32,000 nt of DNA from Candidatus Saccharimonadota bacterium (GTDB lineage Bacteria; Patescibacteriota; Saccharimonadia; Saccharimonadales; UBA4665): positions 210,001-242,000 of the forward strand of contig CP064992.1 of NCBI GenBank assembly GCA_016699935.1, read 5' to 3'. The notes beneath the pieces were generated by a model that had not been told where the DNA came from, did not search any database, and saw only the letters and a program-made list of their open reading frames with translations. Positions 9,524 through 17,447 of the stretch are shown here, in pieces. Every line of letters begins with the position of its first letter. Position 1 is the first letter of the stretch. Both the position numbers and the translations under genes were made by a program.

Positions 9524-10458
9524 ATGATTGAACACAATCCAAATGTAGGTATTCTCGGAACACACGTTGGGCTGTCACTTTCACCAGTGATGCACAATGC
9601 TGCCTATGAGGCTATGGGCTTACCAGATTACCACTACGGAACATTCACTGTAGCTAACCCACGGCCAGAAGACCTGCAGGCTTTTTTTGAAACTTTTCTC
9701 GCTGAACAAGTTGAAGCTGGTGTCACTGGTATGAGCGTGACTATGCCATTCAAAGAACATGTTTTAGCAGTCAAGGGTCTTGCTCTTTCTAAAGCAGTGC
9801 GAGAGATTGGTGCGGCTAACACACTGAGCTATAAGGAAAATCAATGGCATGCCGAAAACACAGATTGGCAAGGTGCCGTGTTGTCACTAGAAGAAGCTGG
9901 AGTAAGAATTGCGGGTAAAAAGCTCTTGTTCTTGGTGCTGGTGGCGCAGCCAGGGGTGTTGTTTATGGTCTATGTAAGAGCGGTGCTACAGGGATAACAA
10001 TAGCTAATAGGAACCTGGATAGAGCAGCTAGGTTAGCGAATGACCTACAGCGCATATTTGAAATGGCACAGATTATTCCATGCCAGTTGGATATTTTCAC
10101 CGGTGAACCAACAAAGGTTAGTAGTAAAGTAGCTAGAGAAGCCGATATCATCTACAACACGACATCTATCGGTCAAACTAGCACCGAGGAAGAAGGCAAA
10201 TCACCTATGTCACGTGCTATGGTGCAATTATTAAAGCCTGACGCCGCAATAGACGATGCAGTTTACATGCCAATCGAGACTCCGCTGCTAAGCATAGCTC
10301 GTACACGTGGCGGCTTGTTACTGGTGGACGGCACAGAAATGCTGCTTCATCAAGCTGTTGAACAAGTTAGAATATTTACAGGTAAAGATGACGTTCCTGT
10401 AGCCATCATGAGGGAAGCCTTGCGGGCAGAAGTCCTACGCCGACAGGCTGCCGCCTAA
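9524..10458 (+). pseudogene. aroE: Shikimate dehydrogenase; single frameshift in an A run (~9918-9922) as sequenced
   Basis: SLSPVMHNAAYEAMGL, MSVTMPFKE, GAANTL and NTDWQG. In the next frame the sequence continues ALVLGAGGAARGVVYGL..ITIANR..., ending in ORF 10063..10458 (LLHQAVEQVRIFTG). Confidence 0.85.
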
Positions 10459-10554
10459 GCGTAAAAACATCTCTTTGGGAGAACAGGCCTCCTGCTTAGG
10501 GTAGGAGGCGCGGCTTTACATACGTACGTATAATATCTAGTGAAGGGGGACGTT

Positions 10555-10767
10555 ATGCATATTGACTTAACAAACTTGCAAGTGACGTTACTTGTGCTAC
10601 TACTAATATGGGATGCTGTCTGGAGAGGCTTTGCGCTCTGGAGGGCCACGCAACGCAAACAGAAATATTGGTTTGTTGCGCTGCTAATCTTGAATACGGC
10701 GAGTATTTTGCCAATATTTTATCTTCTGACTACGTCCAAAAAACATACCTCATCCTCAGAAGTATAG
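10555..10767 (+). CDS. DUF5652-like small membrane protein
   Basis: LLIWDAVWRGFALWRATQRKQKYWFVALLILNTASILPIFYL. ATG 10555 is preferred (GAAGGGGGA RBS) over the track start at 10540. Confidence 0.6.
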   Translation: MHIDLTNLQVTLLVLLLIWDAVWRGFALWRATQRKQKYWFVALLILNTASILPIFYLLTTSKKHTSSSEV

Positions 10768-10933
10768 CCCTCTTAGTATTTGCCAAAAATTACCTCTGGG
10801 TCAAACCTGTAGATGCAGAAGATTCAAATTTACTCATGCCCTTGTTTTTGATAACCGGTAGTGCTGGGGGCAAGATGTTGTTTTAGGGGCGACAAGGTGG
10901 TAACATAAGCGTGATTAGACGAAGCATAAATAC

Positions 10934-12366
10934 ATGCAAACAAAAACGAAAAAAAGTCGCTTTCTAGCCACCCTTCTAGCCGCTACCTTATTGCTTCAAC
11001 TCGCCCTCCCCCTCCCCGCCCAAGCCACCCACAACACCATATACATCTCCCCTCGACCCTTAGTGTCACCAAAGATCAAGTTTTTACCATTACGGTCGGT
11101 GTTTCGACTAGTGAAAATGTAAATACCGTACGGGCAAACCTATCGTATCCATCTAGCCAAATGACATTTCAGGATGTTTCATATGGTAGTTCCGTTTTCG
11201 ACACATCCGTAGAGTGGCTGGGTGGCGGCGGCAACATACGCATAGGCAGGAGTAGTGCGAGCCCAGTAAAAGGAGACTACATGGTGGCTGTCCTGACCTT
11301 CAAGTCCGTGGTGACATCTGGCACAGGTGCCGTAAGCGTTCTTGGTACGTCGTCGCTCGCAAATGAAGGCACACCTGTGGTTGCGCAGTATGGTAGCGCG
11401 AGCATAAACTTTGGCCAAGCAGAAGCCCCGAAACCGGCAGCCACCCCACAGGCTTCAAACATTGTGACAAATCTTTCCAAGAGGGTTGCACTGTATGCCA
11501 TAGACATCACTCCACCCGTCCTTTCCGACATACGAACCGAGCAGACAGCGGCCAATAGTCAAACTATAATCTGGACGACCAATGAGCCGAGTAATTCCAA
11601 AGTTGTTTACGGCGTCGACGGCAGCTATGGCCTGTCTGCTTTTGACGCTACTCTCACGACATCACACAAATTGACGCTAAACTCTGCCTTTCTGCTGCCC
11701 AATATGTTGTTTCACTACAGCATAGTTAGTGTCGATGCTAGCGGCAATAGCGTGACAAGCACCGACCTCCTATTTACGACTAAAAGCGTCTCCTATACCG
11801 TAACCGTGCGAGACAAGGACGGTAAACCTTTGCCGGGTGCCAGCGTAACACTCAATGGCCAAACAATGTATACAAACGAAAACGGCAAGGCGACACTGAC
11901 GTCTAGCGCTGGAAACCAAGCTGTTTCCATTGCTTATCACGATGTCAATATGTCCAAAGCCGTCACGATATCTACCGACAAAATGCAACAATTTGACTCT
12001 TTCCAGTTGGCTACCCAACGCGTGATTTTCGATGGAAGCTACATAATCTACCCGCTGGTTTTACTGCTAGGTATAGTTTTGGGTCTTGCTTCCAGAGCCC
12101 ACCTCATCAAATATCCGCTAGCAATACTCAGACGCGGCAAAACTCGTTTTCTGAACATGCCGATTTCGAAAATGCAGATGGAGTTCGGCGATATAAACCC
12201 CGCGCATAACCCCTACCAACTAAAAAGATTGTTTAGTTTCTGGGCGATAGAAAACTTCTTTGTCAGGCTAGTACAACGACCAAGCTCCAAAGTGCGTAAA
12301 AAGATTGCCGAGGAAGTGAAAACCGCCGGCGATAGTAAAAAACCGGGACCCCGCAGCAAATCGTAA
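10934..12366 (+). pseudogene. Secreted, C-terminally anchored surface protein (signal peptide, cohesin-like, FN3-like, CarboxypepD_reg-like, TM); one frameshift ~11045-11052
   Basis: The signal peptide is MQTKTKKSRFLATLLAATLLLQLALPLPAQA. After a shift at tcccctcg the sequence reads STLSVTKDQVFTITVGVSTSENVNTVRANLSYP (cohesin-like). It continues with IIWTTNEPSNSKVVYG..HYSIVSVDASGN (FN3-like), YTVTVRDKDGKPLPGASVTLNG and the TM segment IIYPLVLLLGIVLGL. Confidence 0.55.
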
Positions 12367-12372
12367 ACAGTT

Positions 12373-12413
12373 TCTGTGAAAACTAGTGAAAAGTCGTGAA
12401 AACCTATGAAAAC
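12373..12413 (+). repeat. Four helically phased (10-bp period) (G/A)TGAAAA units
   Basis: ctGTGAAAActaGTGAAAAgtcGTGAAAAcctATGAAAAc, with units starting at 12376, 12386, 12396 and 12406, directly after the 12366 stop. Confidence 0.8.
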
Positions 12414-12473
12414 TCACGCCATAAAAATACCCTTACCCGAACAAAGCAAATACGAGCGCATATTCCAGTTCTC

Positions 12474-12571
12474 GTAAGGGTTTCGGCCTTGCAAATTAAA
12501 TGCAGTTAAACCCAACCCTGTCTTTCACCCCATCCCAAACTAAATAATGAGTTTCATCATCTGCCAGAAGG
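12474..12571 (+). repeat. Dispersed repeat, copy D
   Basis: gtaagggtttcggccttgcaaattaaatgcagttaaacccaaccctgtctttcaccccatcccaaac..gtttcatcatctgccagaagg. Confidence 0.85.
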
Positions 12572-12635
12572 TTGTATTCTTAGTCTCTGAGTCCCAGTTA
12601 AAATTTACAACTGTAACTTTGATGGTGACCCATCT

Positions 12636-13113
12636 ATGATAATTTGTGAGCAGATTGTTTTACAGGGGCTTTTACGTGATAATCATTGCATGGTGTTAAA
12701 TATCGAAAAATTAGTAAAAGGACTGGCTCCTCTTTTTCGCCAAGCTCGTGAAACTCACAACCAATTCACTCAGGACTGGGACGAGAATTTTCCAGTGCAA
12801 GGTTTAGCCTATAAGGAAACAGATTCGTACCGAAAACGTCTGGAGGAATTTAATCTAGCCCAGGATGAAATCCAAAGCAAGATACTCCCGTTATTGATGA
12901 GCTTAAAACGGCTCAATAACAAATTTGGAAATTGCCTTGGCTTATTTAGCAGTACCGGATCGATATTTCCGTTCGGGATACAACAAAGAGGCCATAATTA
13001 AAGCGCTCAAGCACATTGAGTTATCGCAAGACTTTAAGGATACCATTAGTCATATTTGGCAAACCACAGAATCATCATTGGGTGAGCGTGAGAAAAAGAA
13101 TTCACAAGGTTGA
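12636..13113 (+). pseudogene. Hypothetical protein, one frameshift ~12925 as sequenced
   Basis: ORFs 12636..13001 and 12925..13113 join (..LKRLNNKF | EIALAYLAVPDRYFRSGYNKEAIIKALKH..). I recognise no family. It is boxed by repeat copies D and E. ATG 12690 is a possible true start. Confidence 0.4.
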
Positions 13114-13195
13114 TCGAAAAATATAACAACTCTCACAATTCCTGAAGAATTATTGGGTAGAATAATGGTCAATGGAGTGAATTGAGCAATGAACT

Positions 13196-13294
13196 ATACG
13201 GGCTTCGCCCTTGCAAATGTAATTGCGGATAAACCCACCCCTGTCTTTCACCCCATCCCAAACTATTTCACATTTTCTTCTTCTGTTAGAGGTC
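13196..13294 (+). repeat. Dispersed repeat, copy E
   Basis: tatacgggcttcgcccttgcaaatgtaattgcggataaacccacccctgtctttcaccccatcccaaactatttcacattttcttcttctgttagaggtc. Confidence 0.85.
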
Positions 13295-13414
13295 CATCCT
13301 CTGAGTCCAATTTGCTTTTGCCGCGCGCAAATCGATAAAGATTAGCAGTGAAATATGTGCGGGTTTCGATTATTATTGTTAATAGGTAGCAAAATAAGTG
13401 GAGGCAATACGAAT

Positions 13415-13627
13415 ATGAAACAGAGTAAACCAGTCGTTGAAAAACAAGCGAATAATTACGCGTTATTGGCTGTTGGGTGCTCGTGGATTCCTATAGGACT
13501 GTTATTTATGAAAGAAAATGAATTAGTTGGCTGGAGTTTGTTGGTTATTGGTTTTCCATGGCTTTGTCGGGCATCGTTACCCTGCAAAAGGGAAAGAAAT
13601 AGTAGCCAAAGGTCTTCTCCAGGTTAA
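13415..13627 (+). CDS. Hypothetical small membrane protein
   Basis: The internal ATG has a GGAGG RBS. MKQSKPVVEKQANNYALLAVGCSWIPIGLLF..LVGWSLLVIGF contains two hydrophobic helices. The C-terminus may be frameshifted (alternative frame ends ..SMALSGIVTLQKGKK). Confidence 0.35.
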   Translation: MKQSKPVVEKQANNYALLAVGCSWIPIGLLFMKENELVGWSLLVIGFPWLCRASLPCKRERNSSQRSSPG

Positions 13628-13678
13628 CTATCTGACGGGGAGTATAGTAAGTGTGTATATAGTAAATAAGGAGGACGC

Positions 13679-14671
13679 ATGAAAAAAATATATGGTTTAT
13701 TTGTTCCTGTGTACGCACTAGCTATGGCGATTGCACTTTATCCGACCACACCCGCACAGGCGGCTGCTTTGAAAACGTATACAAACGTCGTTAGTTTAGG
13801 CGATTCTCGTGCCGCTGGTGCGGGACTACCAGCGACTTCGCCCAGTGCTCCTTACGACCTGGCATGCACACGCTCCTCGGCTGCAACAGTCAATCCACTC
13901 GCCTATGTTTTAACGAGCACGCCGTATAACTATGCCTGCTCGGGTGCCACCACCAAAAACCTATGGCAACCCCAGACTGCCATTAACGGCAGTGTCGTGC
14001 CGTCTCAACTCTCCCAAGTACCTGTCGCTGTGTTGAATAATTCTACAACTCTTATCACTCTACAATCTGGGCCAAATGATGTCGGTTGGATCGCTTGGCT
14101 GATCAAGTGCATCCAATCAACATGTGGTAGTACTGAGGACAGTTTTGCGATAAAAGGACAGATCGACACCTATAAGAACGACTTACGATTTGGCCTGGCC
14201 ACACTGGGACAGCTTGCTAACAAATCGACAGTGCTTGTCGGAGGTGTCTACGATCCATTTGTCGGCAGCCAACAGCTTGCTAGCGCATATGGCCTGACCA
14301 CCGCTGAGTATGCTTGGGTCAAAGCCGCCGTTTCGGTTATGAATACCGCTACCAGCGAGGCCGTGACCGAGTTTTCCTCTGCTTACCCAGTTAAGTACGT
14401 AGCGATAAATTTGACAAATCCCTACGAGCTACAGTGGATCAATAGCCATCCAGCTCCATTTCACCCAACCGTCTATGGCCAGTCGATCATTGCCCAAAGT
14501 TTCTTGCCGCCGTCGGCAGATAGTCAGCCAATAATCCCGTCAGGCATCTCCTCTACGTCAACAAACCATCCCAGACGAAACCGACCTCTGTTATTTCACG
14601 ATCCCAGACGAAAAGCCCAAATTCACTTTACCCATCTCTGTACGAGGATAAACCGAGCGACTACTGGTTAG
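13679..14671 (+). CDS. Secreted SGNH/GDSL hydrolase (lipase/esterase-like)
   Basis: A signal peptide is followed by the SGNH blocks SLGDSRAAG, ACSGATT, SGPNDV and FHPTVYGQ. The last ~50 codons look like out-of-frame read-through. One extra A at ccaaag would give ..IAQKFLAAVGR with a stop at 14521-14523. Confidence 0.65.
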   Translation: MKKIYGLFVPVYALAMAIALYPTTPAQAAALKTYTNVVSLGDSRAAGAGLPATSPSAPYDLACTRSSAATVNPLAYVLTSTPYNYACSGATTKNLWQPQTAINGSVVPSQLSQVPVAVLNNSTTLITLQSGPNDVGWIAWLIKCIQSTCGSTEDSFAIKGQIDTYKNDLRFGLATLGQLANKSTVLVGGVYDPFVGSQQLASAYGLTTAEYAWVKAAVSVMNTATSEAVTEFSSAYPVKYVAINLTNPYELQWINSHPAPFHPTVYGQSIIAQSFLPPSADSQPIIPSGISSTSTNHPRRNRPLLFHDPRRKAQIHFTHLCTRINRATTG

Positions 14672-14689
14672 CTGCTATACTAGTGAGGT

Positions 14690-15298
14690 ATGGCGCGGAA
14701 AAAGAAGAACAAGCTACTCACCATGGATATAGACGAGTTGCAGCGGCGGTGGCGGCGGTGGAAGTATAAAAATACCGCGCTACTGGCAGTAAGCCTCGTT
14801 GCGTTTTTTTGGCTGGCACAGACACCCCAGGTAGATGCGGCCGTCAAAAGCGTCGGAAACCTAGGCTACCTGGGCGCCTTCATAACTGGCTTATTCTTTG
14901 TATCTACCTTTACGGTCGCACCTGCGGCTGTGGTGCTATTTCATCTGGCGGGTCAGTTCCACGCTCTGGAAATTGCCATTCTGGCAGGTGCCGGAGCGAT
15001 GGTAGGCGACTACTTCATTTTCCGGTTCATGAAAGACCGTGTATTTGCCGAGTTACTCCCACTCGTGCGTAAGCTACAAACGCCGCGCATGAAACTGCTA
15101 TTTAAAAGCCCCTACTTTGCCTGGGTCTTGCCTGTTGTCGGCGCCTTTGTCATCGCCTCTCCCCTGCCCGACGAGGTCGGCGTGGGCATGCTGGGAATGA
15201 GTCACGTCAAACAGTGGCAATTTTTCCTGCTGGCGTTTGTCTTGAACGCCGTCGGCATTTTCCTGATAGTCTCCGCTGCCCAGCTTGCAGGCAAATAA
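14690..15298 (+). CDS. Multi-pass membrane protein (DedA/VTT-like, tentative)
   Basis: There are 4-5 hydrophobic segments. LGYLGAFITGLFFVSTFTVAP, GAGAMVGDYFIFRF and ASPLPDEVGVGMLG are reminiscent of VTT-domain proteins. Confidence 0.35.
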   Translation: MARKKKNKLLTMDIDELQRRWRRWKYKNTALLAVSLVAFFWLAQTPQVDAAVKSVGNLGYLGAFITGLFFVSTFTVAPAAVVLFHLAGQFHALEIAILAGAGAMVGDYFIFRFMKDRVFAELLPLVRKLQTPRMKLLFKSPYFAWVLPVVGAFVIASPLPDEVGVGMLGMSHVKQWQFFLLAFVLNAVGIFLIVSAAQLAGK

Positions 15299-15300
15299 AA

Positions 15301-15421
15301 CCTGAGTCTCAAAACCCCCACGATGTCATCCCAGCGAAGGCTGGGATCCAGGTATATGAAATGGATTCCCGCCTTCGCGGGAATGACACAAGTACAAGTG
15401 GAGACGGTTATGAGACTCAGG
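15301..15421 (-). mobile_element. 121-bp MITE-like element, copy 2 (inverted relative to copy 1)
   Basis: cctgagtctcaaaac ... gttatgagactcagg TIRs. The same two internal hairpins are present (gtcatcccagcgaaggctgggat, attcccgccttcgcgggaat). It starts 2 bp after the stop of the 14690..15298 gene. Confidence 0.85.
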
Positions 15422-15431
15422 TAATAAAGGC

Positions 15432-15460
15432 TTGCAATTAAAGGATGTTTGTGCTAAAGT
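15432..15460 (+). promoter_or_regulatory. Sigma70-type promoter with extended -10, placed to give a leaderless leader-peptide mRNA
   Basis: TTGCAA (15432-15437), a 17-nt spacer, then tgcTAAAGT (-10 at 15455-15460). The ATG lies at 15468. Confidence 0.45.
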
Positions 15461-15467
15461 AGTATTT

Positions 15468-15527
15468 ATGTCCAAACAAGTTTTCGGCTTTAGCTTTTTT
15501 ACCACCCCCCGCAAGGAGGCCGTGTAA
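15468..15527 (+). CDS. Candidate Phe-rich leader peptide (19 aa) of pheA
   Basis: atg tcc aaa caa gtt ttc ggc ttt agc ttt ttt acc acc ccc cgc aag gag gcc gtg taa = MSKQVFGFSFFTTPRKEAV. Four of six consecutive codons are Phe. Confidence 0.45.
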   Translation: MSKQVFGFSFFTTPRKEAV

Positions 15528-15561
15528 GCTTGTAGCCTAAAAAACCACAACAGCAACCACC

Positions 15562-15585
15562 CGCCTCCACAAAGGAGGCGTTTTT
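15562..15585 (+). terminator. Attenuator/terminator hairpin that also sequesters the pheA Shine-Dalgarno
   Basis: cgcctcc-acaaa-ggaggcg followed by ttttt. The GGAGG in the 3' arm lies 12 nt before the pheA ATG (15591). Confidence 0.55.
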
Positions 15586-15590
15586 AATAT

Positions 15591-16897
15591 ATGACAACTA
15601 CGCTAACAGCACCAGCCGAATCATCGTTATTTATGCCTTCGCCCATGGGCATACAAGCTATGCCAAAAGACGGAGAGACAATACCTGGCGCATTCCACTT
15701 TATTGCTAACTGCGACTTTTTCGAAGTTGATATATCAGACAATGACGCCATTGCTGAAGCATGTAAACACATGGTTAGTTACGAAAGCCACGAGTTGCTT
15801 ATACAAGCATTGCTCAGCGGCGAAATTGATATAGCCATAATAGCAGTAGACAATAACAACTCCGGCCGGGTTGTGAGCGCCATAGAGGCACTTCGAGGCA
15901 AAAACCTCAGCATCATTGGCAAGACAGCCATAGCCGCTGACCAATATATCCTTCTCCCGCAAGGTGTTAGCGAAGATGATGTTGAACAAGTGGCATCACA
16001 AAAACCCGCCCTCGATCAAGCCAAACCAAACCTGCCACCTCAATGGACGGTGCTTGAACGCCCTGACACTGTCGGAAGTGCTATTGAGGTAGCTGCCGCA
16101 CATAGAGGTATTATCAACGCAGCAAAGTAACTGCGGCTATCGCCTCGAGCATGGCTGGAGAAACAACTGGACTCACTGTAGGAACAAGGGTTAGCCCGGA
16201 TGGCAACGCGACGACATTTTGGCTCGTGACGACTAAGCCAGAAAACTACCCCGATATCACTGCCATGACGCCAACTCACGCCGCTTTTACCTTCTCTACA
16301 GCTGATGAGGCTGGTGCGCTCCTAGAAGTGGTCAGATCATTTAGCCAAGGAGGAGAAGGTTACAACTTAACCGATATTGATTGCCACCTCTCACCCGACG
16401 ACAGCGATCAACCAGTCTTTATTGCCGAAGTTGCCCTCGATGAGCAGCATGGAGCAGAAGCGTTTCATGCAATCGCTAAGCAACTAGCTGGCAAATACGC
16501 GTTAAACATCCTCGGCATATACGCCGATAAAACGGACCCCTCCTTACACACTACCGTTACACGTCCTGCGAACGCCGAAGCCACACCCATACCCAAGATT
16601 TCATGGCATGGACGCGACCCAAGCGAGGGTTCTCAGGTTATCTACGTTCAGTCGAATGGCCAGACCGGTTCGCTCGAAGGCATGTTGACTGTTTTTGATG
16701 AGCTGGAAATTAACCTTACTACCATGACCCGGCCGATTGCGCCTGACAATAACGGCAAACGAGGTTTTGGGTTCGTTGTATCACCAGGTATCCCGGTAGA
16801 TACCGCCATCGCGGAGCTTAAGAAGCAAGGCTACGAAGCTGCCGCTTACACCTACAGAGATCAAGAACTCGTGCCGAATATCACGGCTAAATCTTAG
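15591..16897 (+). pseudogene. pheA: Prephenate dehydratase-like protein with ACT-type regulatory region(s); one frameshift ~16105-16135 as sequenced
   Basis: IDIAIIAVDNNNSGRV (cf. PDT ..VPIENS.EG.V). AAIASSMAGETTGL..DGNATTFWLV (cf. AAIAS..AA..YGL..D..N.TRF.V) spans the junction of ORFs 15591..16130 and 16151..16897. ACT-like segments: EAGALLEVVRSF..YNLTDID and SLEGMLTVFDELEINLTTMTRP. Confidence 0.6.
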
Positions 16898-17171
16898 CCG
16901 AGACAACTATAATAATGACCGCAATCTGGTCACCTTTTCAGGTTAAGCTGCTTCAGGATAGAAGCAAATACCAGGCAAGACAACGGTGCGATGATGCTTG
17001 GCGTCGAATTGGTTGTGGTAAGCCTGGATGCTGTGCTACTTCCTCCCAGGCCTCGCTGTGCTCGCGCAGCTATCGTCCTCGGAACAAGTTCCTGCGGGCG
17101 ACATGCTTGGCGTCGAACTGATGGTTCGCCTTCGGCTCTCGCATCCAGTTCAAGTCTGGTCGTCGCCAGCC

Positions 17172-17205
17172 AAGTAAAAACCCCAGACTTTGCTGGGGTT
17201 TTACT
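17172..17205. terminator. Bidirectional terminator hairpin between pheA and tRNA-Phe
   Basis: aagtaaaaa-ccccag-actttg-ctgggg-ttttactt, with U-runs on both strands. Confidence 0.6.
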
Positions 17206-17280
17206 TGGTGGCTCCTCCCAGACTCGAACTGGGACACAAGGCTCTTCAGGCCTCTGCTCTACCAACTGAGCTAAAGAGCC
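17206..17280 (-). tRNA. tRNA-Phe (anticodon GAA), CCA encoded
   Basis: The reverse complement is ggctctt-ta-gctc-agttggta-gagc-a-gaggc-ctGAAga-gcctt-gtgt-cccag-ttcgagt-ctggg-aggagcc-a-cca. Confidence 0.9.
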
Positions 17281-17333
17281 ACAAATACTGCGTGCTACTT
17301 GTAGCATGATTTAGTGTATTAAATGATCAGCTT

Positions 17334-17388
17334 GGCCTCTGCTCTACCAATTTTTTTGCGCTGTTTTGCAGCGACGAGCTAAACAGCC
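17334..17388 (-). other. tRNA-Phe 5' half-copy with a hairpin + A7 insertion in the D-loop
   Basis: The minus strand reads ggctgtttagctc [gtcgctgcaaaacagcgcaaaaaaa] ttggtagagcagaggcc, matching tRNA-Phe positions ~1-31 and then diverging at the anticodon loop. Confidence 0.7.
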
Positions 17389-17447
17389 GAGATGATGGTA
17401 TTAATTGTACCCGAACAGAGACCAAACAGCAACGAAACTTTGCAGAG

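Noticed and set aside
2453-13294. The dispersed repeats as integron attC sites (a cassette array) or as DGR template/variable repeats.
   Set aside because: The repeat lacks the overall imperfect palindrome and the RYYYAAC/GTTRRRY cores of attC sites (gttagag is only a partial match). No integrase or reverse transcriptase is present in the window. The differences between copies are not adenine-specific.
16900-17170. Possible tmRNA or SRP RNA. The cues were TTCGACGCC boxes, a T-arm-like ccagttcaagtctgg, a gca gct taa 'tag end' on the minus strand, and GGGAGGAAGUAGCA resembling SRP domain IV.
   Set aside because: The acceptor pairing lacks the G3:U70 feature and a proper CCA context. There is no room for pseudoknots without overlapping pheA. 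The GNRA tetraloop and closing pairs of SRP helix 8 are not present. It is kept only as an unassigned structured region.
16930-17307. A 125-aa minus-strand ORF, and the similar case of the 89-aa ORF 20628..20897.
   Set aside because: The first overlaps tRNA-Phe and its terminator. The second simply translates the two 53-bp direct repeats (ATATSGTSPHP.LTSVY twice). Neither has a recognisable family or RBS.
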